The notes: generated by a model from the letters alone, not told the origin. A stretch of 62,453 bases of DNA, filler included, from 4 parts of 4 records of this genome joined end to end with filler, not necessarily neighbours in it, one strand, 5' to 3'; positions 17,992 through 28,061 are shown, counted from the first letter of the whole stretch. Translations and numbers: made by a program.

Positions 17992-18052
17992 TGAAAAAAT
18001 ATAAATAAAAACAATCTACTACGTGAATTTGAGCACATACAAAAAGAGTCAA

Positions 18053-18112
18053 TTCCAACATATCTGGAAAGGGACCAACTCTTTTGGACAACCCACTCCG
18101 AAAAGTCTGGAA
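18053..18112. promoter_or_regulatory. Three TTCC-N9-GGAA-type sites upstream of dmsA
   Basis: TTCC-AACATATCT-GGAA (18053), GACC-AACTCTTTT-GGAC (18073), CTCC-GAAAAGTCT-GGAA (18096). Confidence 0.65.
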
Positions 18113-18114
18113 AG

Positions 18115-19533
18115 CTATTCTTTCTCTATGCCGTACTGCTTGAGCTGATCGTACACCCGGCTTTTCCGCAATCCCGAGATCGTACAGGCACGTTCTATGT
18201 CCCAACACGAAGCTTCCATCAGGCGGGTGAAATAACTCTTATCGGCCTGCTCCAAAACATGCCCACGGTATTCTTTATATGAAGGCAAAGTACCGCACTC
18301 TTCTGTTTGAGTTTCGGTCAAATCGGTATTGGAATATGAATCTTCGTTCGAAACAAGATCATGTTTCAACATTGCGATACGTGTCCGCTCCGGTAGATGC
18401 TTCGCGAATAATTCAGTGTGGCCGTAAGCGCTGATCATTGCATTCTCAAGAACATTGACCAGCTCACGGATGTTGCCAGGCCAATCATACCGGGCAAGAG
18501 TTTCCATAAAATCATCAGAAAATGTCTTGGGAGGAATTGCATTTTTCTCGCAGATATACCGTGCAAAATGCTGAGTCAGTTCGCCCAGATCCTCCTTACG
18601 CTCCCGCAATACGGGGAGGTTGATAGTCATGGCTCCCAGTCGATACAGCAGGTCATTGCGGAAAAGATCTTTTTGGACCATCTCATTCAAATCACGATGC
18701 GTGGCTGCGACCAGTCGAAAATTGCTGCTGACTTCCTGACTTCCGCCCACCTGACGATATTTGCGTTCCTGCAAAACCCTGAGCAATTTCTTCTGCAAAG
18801 GAAGTGGCATTTCCCCTATTTCATCAAGGAAAAGAGTGCCGCCATGCGCCTCAAGAACCAACCCACAGCTTGAACGATCCGCTCCGGTAAAAGCCCCTTT
18901 GACGTGACCAAACAGTGTGCTTTCCAACAGATTAGCCGGAATTGAAGCACAGTCGACAATCACGAAAGGACCTTGGCTCCTCTTGCTGTTTTCATGAAGA
19001 GCACGCGCAAACAGTTCCTTTCCCGTTCCAGTTTCACCCGTGAGAAGCAGGCTCGCATCACTGTGCGCCGCCGCCCCCAAACGCTCCAAGGCATGAGTAA
19101 TGGCAGGACCGCTGCCGACGATGCCACACCGCTTGAGAGAAAATTGATTATGTCCTTCATTCCGCAATGTATCCCGGTATTTGAGCACCCGCTGCAACGG
19201 AAGCAGTATCTTCTTGGGAGAAAGCGGTTTTTGCAAATAATCCCACGCTCCGTTTCGTATGGCCAACTCAGCGCCATCGGGATCACCAAGGCCTGTGAGG
19301 ATAATAACCTCAGGCGGAATAGGAAGCTCCCTGAGTTGTGGCAAAATATCCAACCCGTTGCCGTCAGGAAGTCTGATATCCAAAAAAACCACATCAAATT
19401 CTTCAGACAGATTCTTTTCCAACCCTTCCTGAACACTTGATGCGTAATCCGCTTCATGCCCAATATTTCGAATCAACTCCATGAGCGCATCACATATCAT
19501 GCGATCGTCATCTATCACCAAGACTTTGGCCAT
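18115..19533 (-). CDS. NtrC-family sigma54-dependent response regulator
   Basis: Receiver domain, GETGTGKE Walker A, GAFTGA, LFLDEIGE, WPGNIREL, C-terminal HTH. Confidence 0.95.
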   Translation of the reverse strand: MAKVLVIDDDRMICDALMELIRNIGHEADYASSVQEGLEKNLSEEFDVVFLDIRLPDGNGLDILPQLRELPIPPEVIILTGLGDPDGAELAIRNGAWDYLQKPLSPKKILLPLQRVLKYRDTLRNEGHNQFSLKRCGIVGSGPAITHALERLGAAAHSDASLLLTGETGTGKELFARALHENSKRSQGPFVIVDCASIPANLLESTLFGHVKGAFTGADRSSCGLVLEAHGGTLFLDEIGEMPLPLQKKLLRVLQERKYRQVGGSQEVSSNFRLVAATHRDLNEMVQKDLFRNDLLYRLGAMTINLPVLRERKEDLGELTQHFARYICEKNAIPPKTFSDDFMETLARYDWPGNIRELVNVLENAMISAYGHTELFAKHLPERTRIAMLKHDLVSNEDSYSNTDLTETQTEECGTLPSYKEYRGHVLEQADKSYFTRLMEASCWDIERACTISGLRKSRVYDQLKQYGIEKE

Positions 19534-19543
19534 ATATCAACTC

Positions 19544-22123
19544 CTACTCCATGAACTCATGCGTTTCTTCTTCAAGATCAGGCCGCAAATATTTCCGTAC
19601 GGCCAAGGCCAGCATTTTCAGACTGATTGGTTTTTTGAGATATTCCGTTATGCCGAGAGACGCCGCGGTGCCCTCATCAAAACTTTGACTGTACCCACTA
19701 CAAACAATGATTGGAACAGTTGGTTTTTTCTCAAGAATCTTCCGGGCAAGGGCATCTCCACTCAATCCCGGCATATTGTAATCCGTTATGACAAGATCAA
19801 ACTTCTCTGGAGCATTGCTAAACAACTCCAATGCAGTCCGGCTGTCTGTCTCCGCATGGACCTTATATCCAAGGTTTGCAAGGAATTCTGAACAAGATCT
19901 AACCAACTCTTCTTCATCATCAACAAACAAAATACTCCCTGTTCCCTTGGATATTTCTCCCCCACTTCCAAGTTGCACAGGCTGTTCCCCGTTCTCTCTT
20001 CTGGCCGGTATAAACACTTGAAAAAGAGAACCCTTTCCAAGGGTGCTCTTAACCAACACTTCGCCTCCCCATGATTTCACGATTCCCTGAACCACGGATA
20101 GACCAAGACCTGTCCCTTTCCCCGGCTCTTTCGTCGTAAAAAACGGATCAAAAAGACGATCCATCAACTCTGGTTTAATACCACTTCCAGTATCCCGCAC
20201 CTCGAGAATCAAATACGCTCCCGACTCAAGGGTTTGCGCCCCGACCTGATGGGGATTCACTTGGCCTGAACGTAAGGAAAGATGAAGATTTCCCCCCTTG
20301 CTTTCCATCGAATGGGCTGCGTTGGTGCATAAATTCATCAAAACCTGATGCATCTGGGTAGGATCAACAAACACTGTCGATTCAGGGGAATCAATCGCAT
20401 ATTCAATTGTAATGGAAGCTGGCAACGAGGATTGCAGGAATTTAACGGTTTCCTTGAGAATAGGCCCAACATTCAATATAGCGGCCTCATCATTACTTTT
20501 TCTCGTGAAAGTCAAAATTTGATTCACCAAATCACGACCTCGATACGCTGCCGCAAGAATAGCCCGGATTTTTGGATGAACGGTTTTATCAACATCCATA
20601 TGAAACATTTCTATCATTTCGCCATTGGCAATAATAACACCGAGTATATTATTGAAATCGTGTGCAATACCGCCAGCGAGCGTACCAAGGGCTTCCATAC
20701 GCTGGACTCGTTGAAGCTGTCGTTCCTTCTCATGCAGTGATATTTCGGTTCGTTTGCGCTGCAGGGCTTCTTCAAAAGCAAACAAGACTTCTGCCAACAT
20801 CGAAACTTCATTGGACACGTACCTGCTTTGTCTCCGGGCAACCGCGATGATTTTCATATTAGCACCCGCAAGAATCTGCAACGGCACCACAATCAAATGA
20901 GGAAGGCTCTTTCTGTCTTCACCAATTGACAGATTCACGACGTTTCCACCAGCCAGACGATCCAATTGCTCGCCTTCAAGAACAACACTTTCAAACTCGG
21001 CACAATCCCATTCAGGACAATCCGCCCCTCCTTCCGTTGCAAGCAAAACCTTGATTGAACCGACTTGTTCAACTTCACCGAGGAAAGCCCGTTCACTTGA
21101 AGACATCGTTTTTGCTTCCTGCAAACAGCGCAACATAACCTCTCGCTCGGTGTGACAATCCAATGCTCCGAGCAAAACCTTGTTGATGGAACTCAAGGCC
21201 ATGGTTCTTTGAGCAACTTGACGCTTGAGGCTACGATTCCAAAACAAAACAAGAACAATTCCACCAAAGACCAGACAAAGAACACCCAGCAATCCCAGCC
21301 AAAAAGTCCAACTGGCCCAAATTGGTCGGTAGTGCAAGGTCAACCATTTTTCTTCAATGGTCTTACGTTCATGGGGAAGAATCATGGCAAGCCCTTTTCT
21401 CAGAATCTGCCCCACTATGGGCTGACTCTTGAGCGAGGCTATTCGCAAATCAATCGTATAACTGGAAATACCGGCTATTCGCAGATTACTGATACGAGCA
21501 TTGGCTATATATCGGGAAGCAAGCGCCATGTCGCAGATCAAGGCATCAACATCGCCGACCGCCAAAGAACGCAAGCCGCCGATATACCCACCAGCCATGG
21601 TAACGACTGTATAATCTCCCGGAAAATACTTTTCCAGATAGCTGATAAACTCCGGTGAAACAGTGACACCGATTCTCATGCCATCCAGTTTTTCAAGAGA
21701 AAGCTCTCCCTTGAATTCCTTCCGAGTTATTATAGCAGCCGGAACATTCACATAAGGTTGAGTGAAATCAAGAAAATTACGACGTTCATCCGTCATTTCA
21801 AGAGCGGCGACAACAGAGATCTCGCCCCTCTTAATTCCTGCGAGGACTTCATCCCGATTCCTGAACCGTAATGGGACAAACTTCAGACCCGTTTTTTCAT
21901 TGATCAAACGGATATAGTCAGCACTCAGCCCTTGATATCCACCCTTCAAACCAAACTCTTCATACGGTGGATAATGCAAGGAGACACCGAGCGGTATCTC
22001 CTTGTTTTTTTCAATCCATTCCCGTTCTTCAGCCGTAAGCGGAGTCTGCCCATCAAGCGGGGTACAGGAAAATGTCACCAAGACCATGCAGGCACACAGG
22101 ATAAATCCGAATACTCGTTTCAT
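19544..22123 (-). CDS. Hybrid sensor histidine kinase with periplasmic solute-binding domain and C-terminal receiver
   Basis: SBP family-3-like region (PPYE, LDFTQPY), TM, GAF-like linker, [23 protein letters not shown], receiver FVDDE/TDYNMP. Start MKRVF chosen to avoid overlapping the upstream gene. Confidence 0.9.
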   Translation of the reverse strand: MKRVFGFILCACMVLVTFSCTPLDGQTPLTAEEREWIEKNKEIPLGVSLHYPPYEEFGLKGGYQGLSADYIRLINEKTGLKFVPLRFRNRDEVLAGIKRGEISVVAALEMTDERRNFLDFTQPYVNVPAAIITRKEFKGELSLEKLDGMRIGVTVSPEFISYLEKYFPGDYTVVTMAGGYIGGLRSLAVGDVDALICDMALASRYIANARISNLRIAGISSYTIDLRIASLKSQPIVGQILRKGLAMILPHERKTIEEKWLTLHYRPIWASWTFWLGLLGVLCLVFGGIVLVLFWNRSLKRQVAQRTMALSSINKVLLGALDCHTEREVMLRCLQEAKTMSSSERAFLGEVEQVGSIKVLLATEGGADCPEWDCAEFESVVLEGEQLDRLAGGNVVNLSIGEDRKSLPHLIVVPLQILAGANMKIIAVARRQSRYVSNEVSMLAEVLFAFEEALQRKRTEISLHEKERQLQRVQRMEALGTLAGGIAHDFNNILGVIIANGEMIEMFHMDVDKTVHPKIRAILAAAYRGRDLVNQILTFTRKSNDEAAILNVGPILKETVKFLQSSLPASITIEYAIDSPESTVFVDPTQMHQVLMNLCTNAAHSMESKGGNLHLSLRSGQVNPHQVGAQTLESGAYLILEVRDTGSGIKPELMDRLFDPFFTTKEPGKGTGLGLSVVQGIVKSWGGEVLVKSTLGKGSLFQVFIPARRENGEQPVQLGSGGEISKGTGSILFVDDEEELVRSCSEFLANLGYKVHAETDSRTALELFSNAPEKFDLVITDYNMPGLSGDALARKILEKKPTVPIIVCSGYSQSFDEGTAASLGITEYLKKPISLKMLALAVRKYLRPDLEEETHEFME

Positions 22124-22139
22124 ACGTCGTACAATCTTC

Positions 22140-23810
22140 CTATCGACCAAACGGACACTTGGGGAAGGTACAATTGGTGCATCCAAGGCACATACCGCCT
22201 TCCCCCATTTCCGCTAAATCATTTCGCGAAATATCTACATCGGCCAAAAGGCGCGGCAACAGGAGGTCAAGGCTTGTTCTTTGGAAAAACAGGGCACAAG
22301 CGGGAACTCCAAGCAATCGTGCAGAACCGATTTTTCCGATTAAGGTCATTGCCCCTGGAAGAATCGGCGCACCGTATATCAGGGAATGAGCTCCGGCATC
22401 AACCAAGCCATGTCGAGTCACGTCATCAGGGTCCACGGAAAGGCCGGCTGTCGTGATGATCAAATCACATCCACCTTCAAGCATTTCCAAGGCTGCAACG
22501 CGAATGACTTCACGATCATCAGGGACCAATACGGCCTTGTATACCGAGCAATTGAAGGCCGTCAATTTGGCACGAATGATCTCTTCAAAACGGTCTTCGA
22601 TCGTTCCGTTAAAAACCTCATTGCCTGTAATCAGAATACCAACCTTTGCTTGCTTCAAAGGCAGGACTTCAAAAATCGGCCCGGCCATAAGTACATCCTG
22701 CGCACACTCGAACTGGTCGCGCTGCATGTACAATGGAATGGCTCGTGTCCCTGCAATCTCAGCCCCTTTCCGAACCAATGTCCATCCTTTCCGACTCGCT
22801 GCCATGACACCCGGTGCCAAGTTGAACGCCTTCAATCGGTGGGTATCGACAAACAAGAGTCCATCGTGTTCCGCCTTAAGCGTCACCTTGCCCTCATGAG
22901 GATCTTCCCTTGGCGCGATGCCCTTCCCAGCCATGGCCTCGGCAAAACTCCGTGCACAATCATCTTCATGCACCCACTGTTCATCAAGTTCCTCATCCTG
23001 CACAAAAACATTGTTTTTCCCCATCTGCTGAAGTCGACAAAGATCGCCGACATCAAAGGTCTGTCCATTCCTGAAAGCCGCGCCCTTGTCCGTACCGGGA
23101 ATAATCTGGGTCATGTCATGAACCACTTTTTTACCCAACGCCCCTTCTGCGCCTATTTTGCGGACCTGTTTGGGGAGGGGGTACAAGATGGTAGACTCGG
23201 CTTTCAAATTTCCTTCGTAGGGAGATTCCCCACGACATGAACGACATATCGGACCATGAGCGGAAGGATAAGCCTCGCCACACACAGAACACACCGAGAT
23301 TTTCCCTTTGTTCCGCTTGACCAACAGACTCCGATTCAAGGTAATTTTCTCAACAGACAAAATATCAGCTCCGGCCATGCCTATCTGGTGACGGAGCAAT
23401 TCAGAATCCTGATCCGGTTTTGCCTTGGTCTTCAAAAACCATGTCCGAATTTCGGAATCCTGCGGGATTTTATCAAGATCAAGCCAAACCCTGACACCTT
23501 CTCTTGTGAACTTGTCGTAGAGACTCATGGCGTACAGTCCAAAATTCATGACACGCATCCAGCCGTTGCCAACCGTGCATGGCGTCATCATCTGAATCGC
23601 ATCAGGCAAACACCATGATGTTTCCGAAATAGCCTCGTACAGTGTTCCTTCCGGCATATACTGTTGGGCCTCGGCAACCATATATCCGCCTATAAGCAGC
23701 CCGGGAGCAGCATAATTATGAAACAAACTGGCCATCTCGATAAACTCTTCAAAAGAGTGTTGACCAACTGTCCGATAGACTTCCTTTTCTAAAACACCGC
23801 TCTTCACCAT
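22140..23810 (-). CDS. FmdE domain - zinc finger - molybdopterin-binding (MoeA/MogA-like) fusion
   Basis: FHNYAAPG and CLPDAIQ..TPCTVGN (FmdE), CSVCGE..CRSC, TGNEV, TTAGLSVDPDD, YGAPILPG, C-terminal CLGCTNCTFPKC. Confidence 0.85.
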   Translation of the reverse strand: MVKSGVLEKEVYRTVGQHSFEEFIEMASLFHNYAAPGLLIGGYMVAEAQQYMPEGTLYEAISETSWCLPDAIQMMTPCTVGNGWMRVMNFGLYAMSLYDKFTREGVRVWLDLDKIPQDSEIRTWFLKTKAKPDQDSELLRHQIGMAGADILSVEKITLNRSLLVKRNKGKISVCSVCGEAYPSAHGPICRSCRGESPYEGNLKAESTILYPLPKQVRKIGAEGALGKKVVHDMTQIIPGTDKGAAFRNGQTFDVGDLCRLQQMGKNNVFVQDEELDEQWVHEDDCARSFAEAMAGKGIAPREDPHEGKVTLKAEHDGLLFVDTHRLKAFNLAPGVMAASRKGWTLVRKGAEIAGTRAIPLYMQRDQFECAQDVLMAGPIFEVLPLKQAKVGILITGNEVFNGTIEDRFEEIIRAKLTAFNCSVYKAVLVPDDREVIRVAALEMLEGGCDLIITTAGLSVDPDDVTRHGLVDAGAHSLIYGAPILPGAMTLIGKIGSARLLGVPACALFFQRTSLDLLLPRLLADVDISRNDLAEMGEGGMCLGCTNCTFPKCPFGR

Positions 23811-23856
23811 GATATACCTCTTGATAACATTCTCGTTAATATGATGAACGAGCTAT

Positions 23857-23872
23857 TACAAAGACCATACCA
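23857..23872 (-). promoter_or_regulatory. Sigma54-like promoter of the fmdE-kinase-regulator operon
   Basis: Minus strand TGGTAT-GGTCT-TTGTA. Confidence 0.55.
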
Positions 23873-23942
23873 ACCGCAAACAAAGAAAATTCCTTTTATT
23901 ATGAATTGTTAGACAACAGCATATCACTCTTGGCTGCCGGTT

Positions 23943-24001
23943 TTCCAAAAAAAACGGAAAACATCAAGAGAAATAGATATGTCATTCCAGCTTTGCTGGA
24001 A
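23943..24001. promoter_or_regulatory. Two perfect TTCC-N9-GGAA sites 42 bp apart
   Basis: TTCC-AAAAAAAAC-GGAA (23943) and TTCC-AGCTTTGCT-GGAA (23985). Confidence 0.65.
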
Positions 24002-24267
24002 AACAAAAAATGGTATGCATTTATGGCTTCCCACACATCCCGACAAAAGAGTTATAAAAAAACATCAAAATCTTTAGGACACGGAGAATCCATAAGCTCA
24101 ATTCAAGGACTTTGACTTACACAGAACTCTTATGTAGTAGGCATTCTCAAACACTGACAGACGACCTCAGAATGGTCCTGATACGTCCTTCCACGACACA
24201 TCCATTCAACACAGTTAAATAGCCCGCCACCTTGGCCGGGTATGGCTTAACCGCCCAGGATACCGTC

Positions 24268-25578
24268 ATGCAAAGTACGCATACCACTAACAATGAACTG
24301 ACCTTTCTTGAAAATTACGACTTCTCCAACTGCCTTGTCTGTGGAGCTTGCGCCAACAGCTGCCCAACAACAGGTGCCCCCGAGCTGGATGGCTGGGATG
24401 CCAGAAAGGTCATGCGGATGCTTGCCAACGGTTTGGTCGACGAAGTCATCAATTCCAATTTTCCGTGGCTGTGTACCGGTTGTGGCCGCTGCACAAGCAC
24501 TTGTCCCGGCGGTCTCGACATCACCTCCATTATGGCGCACCTGAAAAGTCTCAGGCCGCGTGAGGATGTCCCCGGCTCCCTGCACAAGGGCATGGTCAAC
24601 AACCTTGAGACCGGCAACAATCTCGGTATTTCCAAAGAAAATTATCTGGAAGGCATGGCAGAGCTTGGCGAAGAACTGGCCGAGGAACTCCCGGGTTTCC
24701 ATGTTCCGGTGGACAAACACGGCGCAGACATCCTCTTTTTCCCGAACTCCAAGGAAGTCTACGGAGATTTCGAGGACCAGTATTGGTGGTGGAAGATTTT
24801 CTACGCGGCCAAGGAAAACTGGACAGTTCCCTCCGAAAATTGGGAAGCCGTGGATTGGGCGTTGTTCACCGGAAATGACGCCGGTAACACCGAGTTAGCC
24901 CGCCGCAAAATCGCCTACATGAAAGAATTCGACATCACGTCTCTAATCATGCCCGACTGCGGTGGCGGTTCCTACGGATTCCGCAAGGGGATGACAAAAC
25001 TCGTTGCACAGGACCCGGCCAACGAAATCGGATTCATGTATCTATACGACTACCTCATGGACTTGATTAAAACGGGCCGGATCAAACTCGACAAATCAGC
25101 CCATGCCGGAAAGACCTTCACGTTTCACGACTCCTGCAAGCATGGTCGTGAACTGGCGCGCAATTTCGGCAAAGGATTTTTTGACGAGCCTCGCTGGATC
25201 GTTCAGCAATGCGTGGATAATTTCGTCGAGCTGACGCCCAACCGTGAAAAGAACTACTGCTGCGGGGGCGGCGGCGGGATGTGGCCCATGCCTTTCGAAG
25301 ACCAGTCTGCATGGCACGCTCGATACAAGAACGAACAAATCAAGCAAAGCGGTGCCAATGTCGTTGTGGTCGGCTGCTCCAATTGCCGCGACCAAATCAT
25401 GCGACGGATTCCAAAGTATTTCGACGATTGTGAATTCGAAGTAAAATACCTCTGGCAGCTCGTTGCCGAAGCCCTCATCATCGAGCCATGGTCGAATGAC
25501 ATAATTGAAAAAGCCAAAGCTGACGCCACAGCACAATGGGATGCTTTGGGCATTGATCTTGATTCGCAAGAGTATTAA
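24268..25578 (+). CDS. HdrD/GlpC-like Fe-S oxidoreductase with CCG domain
   Basis: CLVCGACANSCP, WLCTGCGRCTSTCP, HDSC, YCCGGGG, GCSNC. Confidence 0.85.
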   Translation: MQSTHTTNNELTFLENYDFSNCLVCGACANSCPTTGAPELDGWDARKVMRMLANGLVDEVINSNFPWLCTGCGRCTSTCPGGLDITSIMAHLKSLRPREDVPGSLHKGMVNNLETGNNLGISKENYLEGMAELGEELAEELPGFHVPVDKHGADILFFPNSKEVYGDFEDQYWWWKIFYAAKENWTVPSENWEAVDWALFTGNDAGNTELARRKIAYMKEFDITSLIMPDCGGGSYGFRKGMTKLVAQDPANEIGFMYLYDYLMDLIKTGRIKLDKSAHAGKTFTFHDSCKHGRELARNFGKGFFDEPRWIVQQCVDNFVELTPNREKNYCCGGGGGMWPMPFEDQSAWHARYKNEQIKQSGANVVVVGCSNCRDQIMRRIPKYFDDCEFEVKYLWQLVAEALIIEPWSNDIIEKAKADATAQWDALGIDLDSQEY

Positions 25579-25633
25579 AGGGAACCGCCTTTGGCGGGAT
25601 AGACGGGTGATTTCGTCTCCGACGGCTTAAGGC

Positions 25634-25733
25634 NNNNNNNNNNNNNNNNNNNNNNNNNNNNNNNNNNNNNNNNNNNNTTAATTAATTAANNNNNNNNNNN
25701 NNNNNNNNNNNNNNNNNNNNNNNNNNNNNNNNN
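25634..25733. other. Artificial contig spacer
   Basis: N-run with TTAATTAATTAA core (stops in all frames); composition and gene content change across it. Confidence 0.98.
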
Positions 25734-25770
25734 GGTCCAGGCATTTAAGGTTCGAGTCCTTATGGGTCAA
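25734..25770 (+). tRNA. 3' half of a tRNA, probably tRNA-Gln, truncated at contig start
   Basis: CCAGG anticodon-stem 3' arm, short variable loop, T-arm TAAGG-TTCGAGT-CCTTA, acceptor 3' strand TGGGTCA implying U1-A72. The anticodon is cut off, so the isotype is inferred. Confidence 0.7.
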
Positions 25771-25771
25771 C

Positions 25772-25806
25772 AAAAGCTTCTGATTTTTATCAGGAGCTTT
25801 CTTTAT
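25772..25806. terminator. Terminator after tRNA / acyP
   Basis: AAAAGCTTCTGAT...ATCAGGAGCTTTCT hairpin between convergent genes. Confidence 0.7.
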
Positions 25807-26075
25807 TTTATATCAAATCCTATATAACCGGTAACCGGTAAATTCTGGATTTTTGTTTCTCTTACTCGTGCCCAATCAGGACCTTTCCCACACCACTCAC
25901 AAAACAAATCAACAGCCAAAGCATCACCTTCTGCTTCCACATAAACAGTGCCGTCTGCTTTATTCTGCACAAAACCTCTCACTCCAAAACGCTGAGCCGC
26001 CTTTCGGGTATGGTACCGAAATCCTACTCCCTGCACCTTACCATGTACTTGTATACTTACAGATTTCTCAGTCAT
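25803..26075 (-). CDS. acyP: Acylphosphatase
   Basis: GKVQGVGFR, GFVQN..DGTV, GP..ARV. Confidence 0.93.
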   Translation of the reverse strand: MTEKSVSIQVHGKVQGVGFRYHTRKAAQRFGVRGFVQNKADGTVYVEAEGDALAVDLFCEWCGKGPDWARVRETKIQNLPVTGYIGFDIK

Positions 26076-26239
26076 TTTGTTTTGATTTTTCACAATATAG
26101 GAAATAAACAATGATGAATTGAAAATTATAAATTAGTAATTTCCAAAACCATCAGTTTTAAACTTGATATTTTGAGCATGATCCTTCATTAGCCACCAAC
26201 CAAAGCAGGCGACAAATAATATGCAATACACTTGTGTTG

Positions 26240-26360
26240 GATCTTTGTTTTTGGGGATTTGGTTTTTGGGATTTTGTACTTGATACCTGGAGCTTGATAC
26301 TTGGAGCTTGTAATTTTTTCACATCAAACTTTATACTTTTTACTTTGAACTTGATTATTT
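26240..26360. repeat. Degenerate 7-bp periodic intergenic repeat
   Basis: GGGATTT GGTTTTT GGGATTT TGTACTT GATACCT GGAGCTT GATACTT GGAGCTT GTAATTT. Confidence 0.7.
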
Positions 26361-26367
26361 TTGCCTC

Positions 26368-27246
26368 ATGATCAACTACCACGAACCATTATTTCGTCCG
26401 CCAAGCGAGGCGTATTCCTTTATACTACAGGTAACACTCGGATGTGCCTGGAACAAATGTGCTTTTTGCGAAATGTACAGCAGCAAGCAATTCAAATTGC
26501 GTAACGAGGAAGATATTTTTGCAGATATTGATTCCATGGAAGCCTATGGCGAGCAATACCGCAAAATATTCCTTGCCGATGGAAATGCTATGGTTCTTTC
26601 TTTCGATAAACTATCGCGCATATTGGATAAGCTGAAAGATACTTTTCCAAAAATGACCCGCGTTTCGGCTTATGCCCTACCCAAAGATATTGCCGCAAAA
26701 AGCGACGAAGAACTAAAAGCTCTTGCCGATAAAGGACTAAAATTATTATATGTTGGTATAGAATCGGGGGATGATGAATTGCTAAAACGCATTAATAAAG
26801 GCGAAAATTTTGAAAGTACATCACACGCCTTACAACGTGCCCGAAAAGCAGGCATTAAACTTTCGGTGATGATATTAAATGGATTGGGCGGCAAAAACTA
26901 CTCCCAACAACATGCCATCAATTCTGCCAAAGTGATAAACGAAATACAACCCGAATTTCTATCAACCCTTGTATTGAGCTACCCTTATGGCGAAAAACAT
27001 TTCATGAAAAAATTCGATGGCGAATTCATTCCACTCAATACCATCGAACTAATTGCCGAAATGAAAGTCTTTATCGAGACTCTGGAACTAAACCAATCCG
27101 TGTTCCGTAGCGATCATGCCTCCAACTACCTGGTACTTCGTGGCAACTTCCCCCGCGACAAAGAGGAAATGCTTTCTCGTATTAATCAAGTTTTAAACGA
27201 TCCGGCAAATGCAAAGCTGCGACCGGAATGGATGAGGGGGTTGTAA
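26368..27246 (+). CDS. Radical SAM protein of unknown function
   Basis: FRPPSEA, GCAWNKCAFC (CxxxCxxC), FLADG, GIESG, FRSDHASNY. Confidence 0.9.
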   Translation: MINYHEPLFRPPSEAYSFILQVTLGCAWNKCAFCEMYSSKQFKLRNEEDIFADIDSMEAYGEQYRKIFLADGNAMVLSFDKLSRILDKLKDTFPKMTRVSAYALPKDIAAKSDEELKALADKGLKLLYVGIESGDDELLKRINKGENFESTSHALQRARKAGIKLSVMILNGLGGKNYSQQHAINSAKVINEIQPEFLSTLVLSYPYGEKHFMKKFDGEFIPLNTIELIAEMKVFIETLELNQSVFRSDHASNYLVLRGNFPRDKEEMLSRINQVLNDPANAKLRPEWMRGL

Positions 27247-27699
27247 TTTTTGTTCCCCTTTCCATGAGGAAATTCAATAATTCTATCAACCAATCTTTCT
27301 TCTGTCATTGCGAAGGATTAAAAACGACTGTTCCAATCTGTCAAAACCCATAAGAAGATATGATTCTAACCTGGATTACATTCCTACACGATTCATCTGT
27401 GAAAATATAAGGTATATAATTGAGGCTGACGGAATACTTTTTGAAAGCTTACTACATACAGGAGGGAAAAAACCTTGTAATATTTGACCAAACCAAATTT
27501 GATTGTATTAATGTGTTCTGTAGAAAAGTGACAAGTATTGAAATTCAAGCTACAGATATTTGATTCTTTTCCAAATGATGTACTTCTGTATATCTCAACT
27601 CCCACCGAGTTGGGATTTTTCTTCTCCCCTCATCCGTACAATGGTATCACCATATAAATCTTCTCTCCTACCTTAAAACTGCATATCCAGTATCGCCCT

Positions 27700-28061
27700 T
27701 GGATTCGTGAGATCTCCAAACTACGCCGTGAGATCAGCTGTTTACTCTCTCATTCCTTTCATTGGCTAGCTTGAATCTATTCTTGGGAGCTAGAGATCGA
27801 CCATCTGAGTCGGGAGATCAGGCAAATGCATTGCACTTATTAACAATAAGCATGCGCTTATCAACATTGAGTGTGCAGATGGCAGGTCTCACGATGCAGA
27901 TGGCAGGTCTCACGGTACTTTTATTAACAATGACGATACAGATATCAACATTGAGCCTGCAGATGTCAGGTCGCACGATACCGATGACAGGTCTTAGGCT
28001 AAACTTATTAACAATGAGAGTAACATTGGCAGGTCTCACGCAAACACCAACAAGACTTACA
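27700..28061. repeat. 21-bp period repeat region with higher-order structure
   Basis: Ten 21-mers at 27831-28040 in two classes (TTATYAACAWTG and CAGATGGCAGGTCTCACG). Upstream, GAGATC recurs in 21-bp phase at 27709, 27730, 27793 and 27814. Confidence 0.85.

Noticed and set aside
24011-24028. Possible sigma54 promoter for the CCG protein (TGGTATGCATTTATGGC)
   Set aside because: GG-to-GC spacing does not fit the strict -24/-12 geometry.
25585-25633. GC-rich segment at the contig end, possibly a repetitive extragenic element
   Set aside because: Single truncated copy; repetition cannot be shown within the window.
25678-25689. TTAATTAATTAA repeated three times in the window
   Set aside because: Artificial linker inside the N spacers, not biological.
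26158-26382. 74-aa minus-strand ORF
   Set aside because: Translation of the heptamer repeat tract; overlaps the radical SAM start.
27302-27342. GTCATTGCGA...CAATCT segment resembling a REP-like element
   Set aside because: Single degenerate copy; insufficient evidence.
27831-28040. 21-bp array as a CRISPR array or synthetic BsaI (GGTCTC) construct
   Set aside because: Units are contiguous and degenerate, with no unique spacers and no cas genes; the GGTCTC copies are part of the natural repeat unit.
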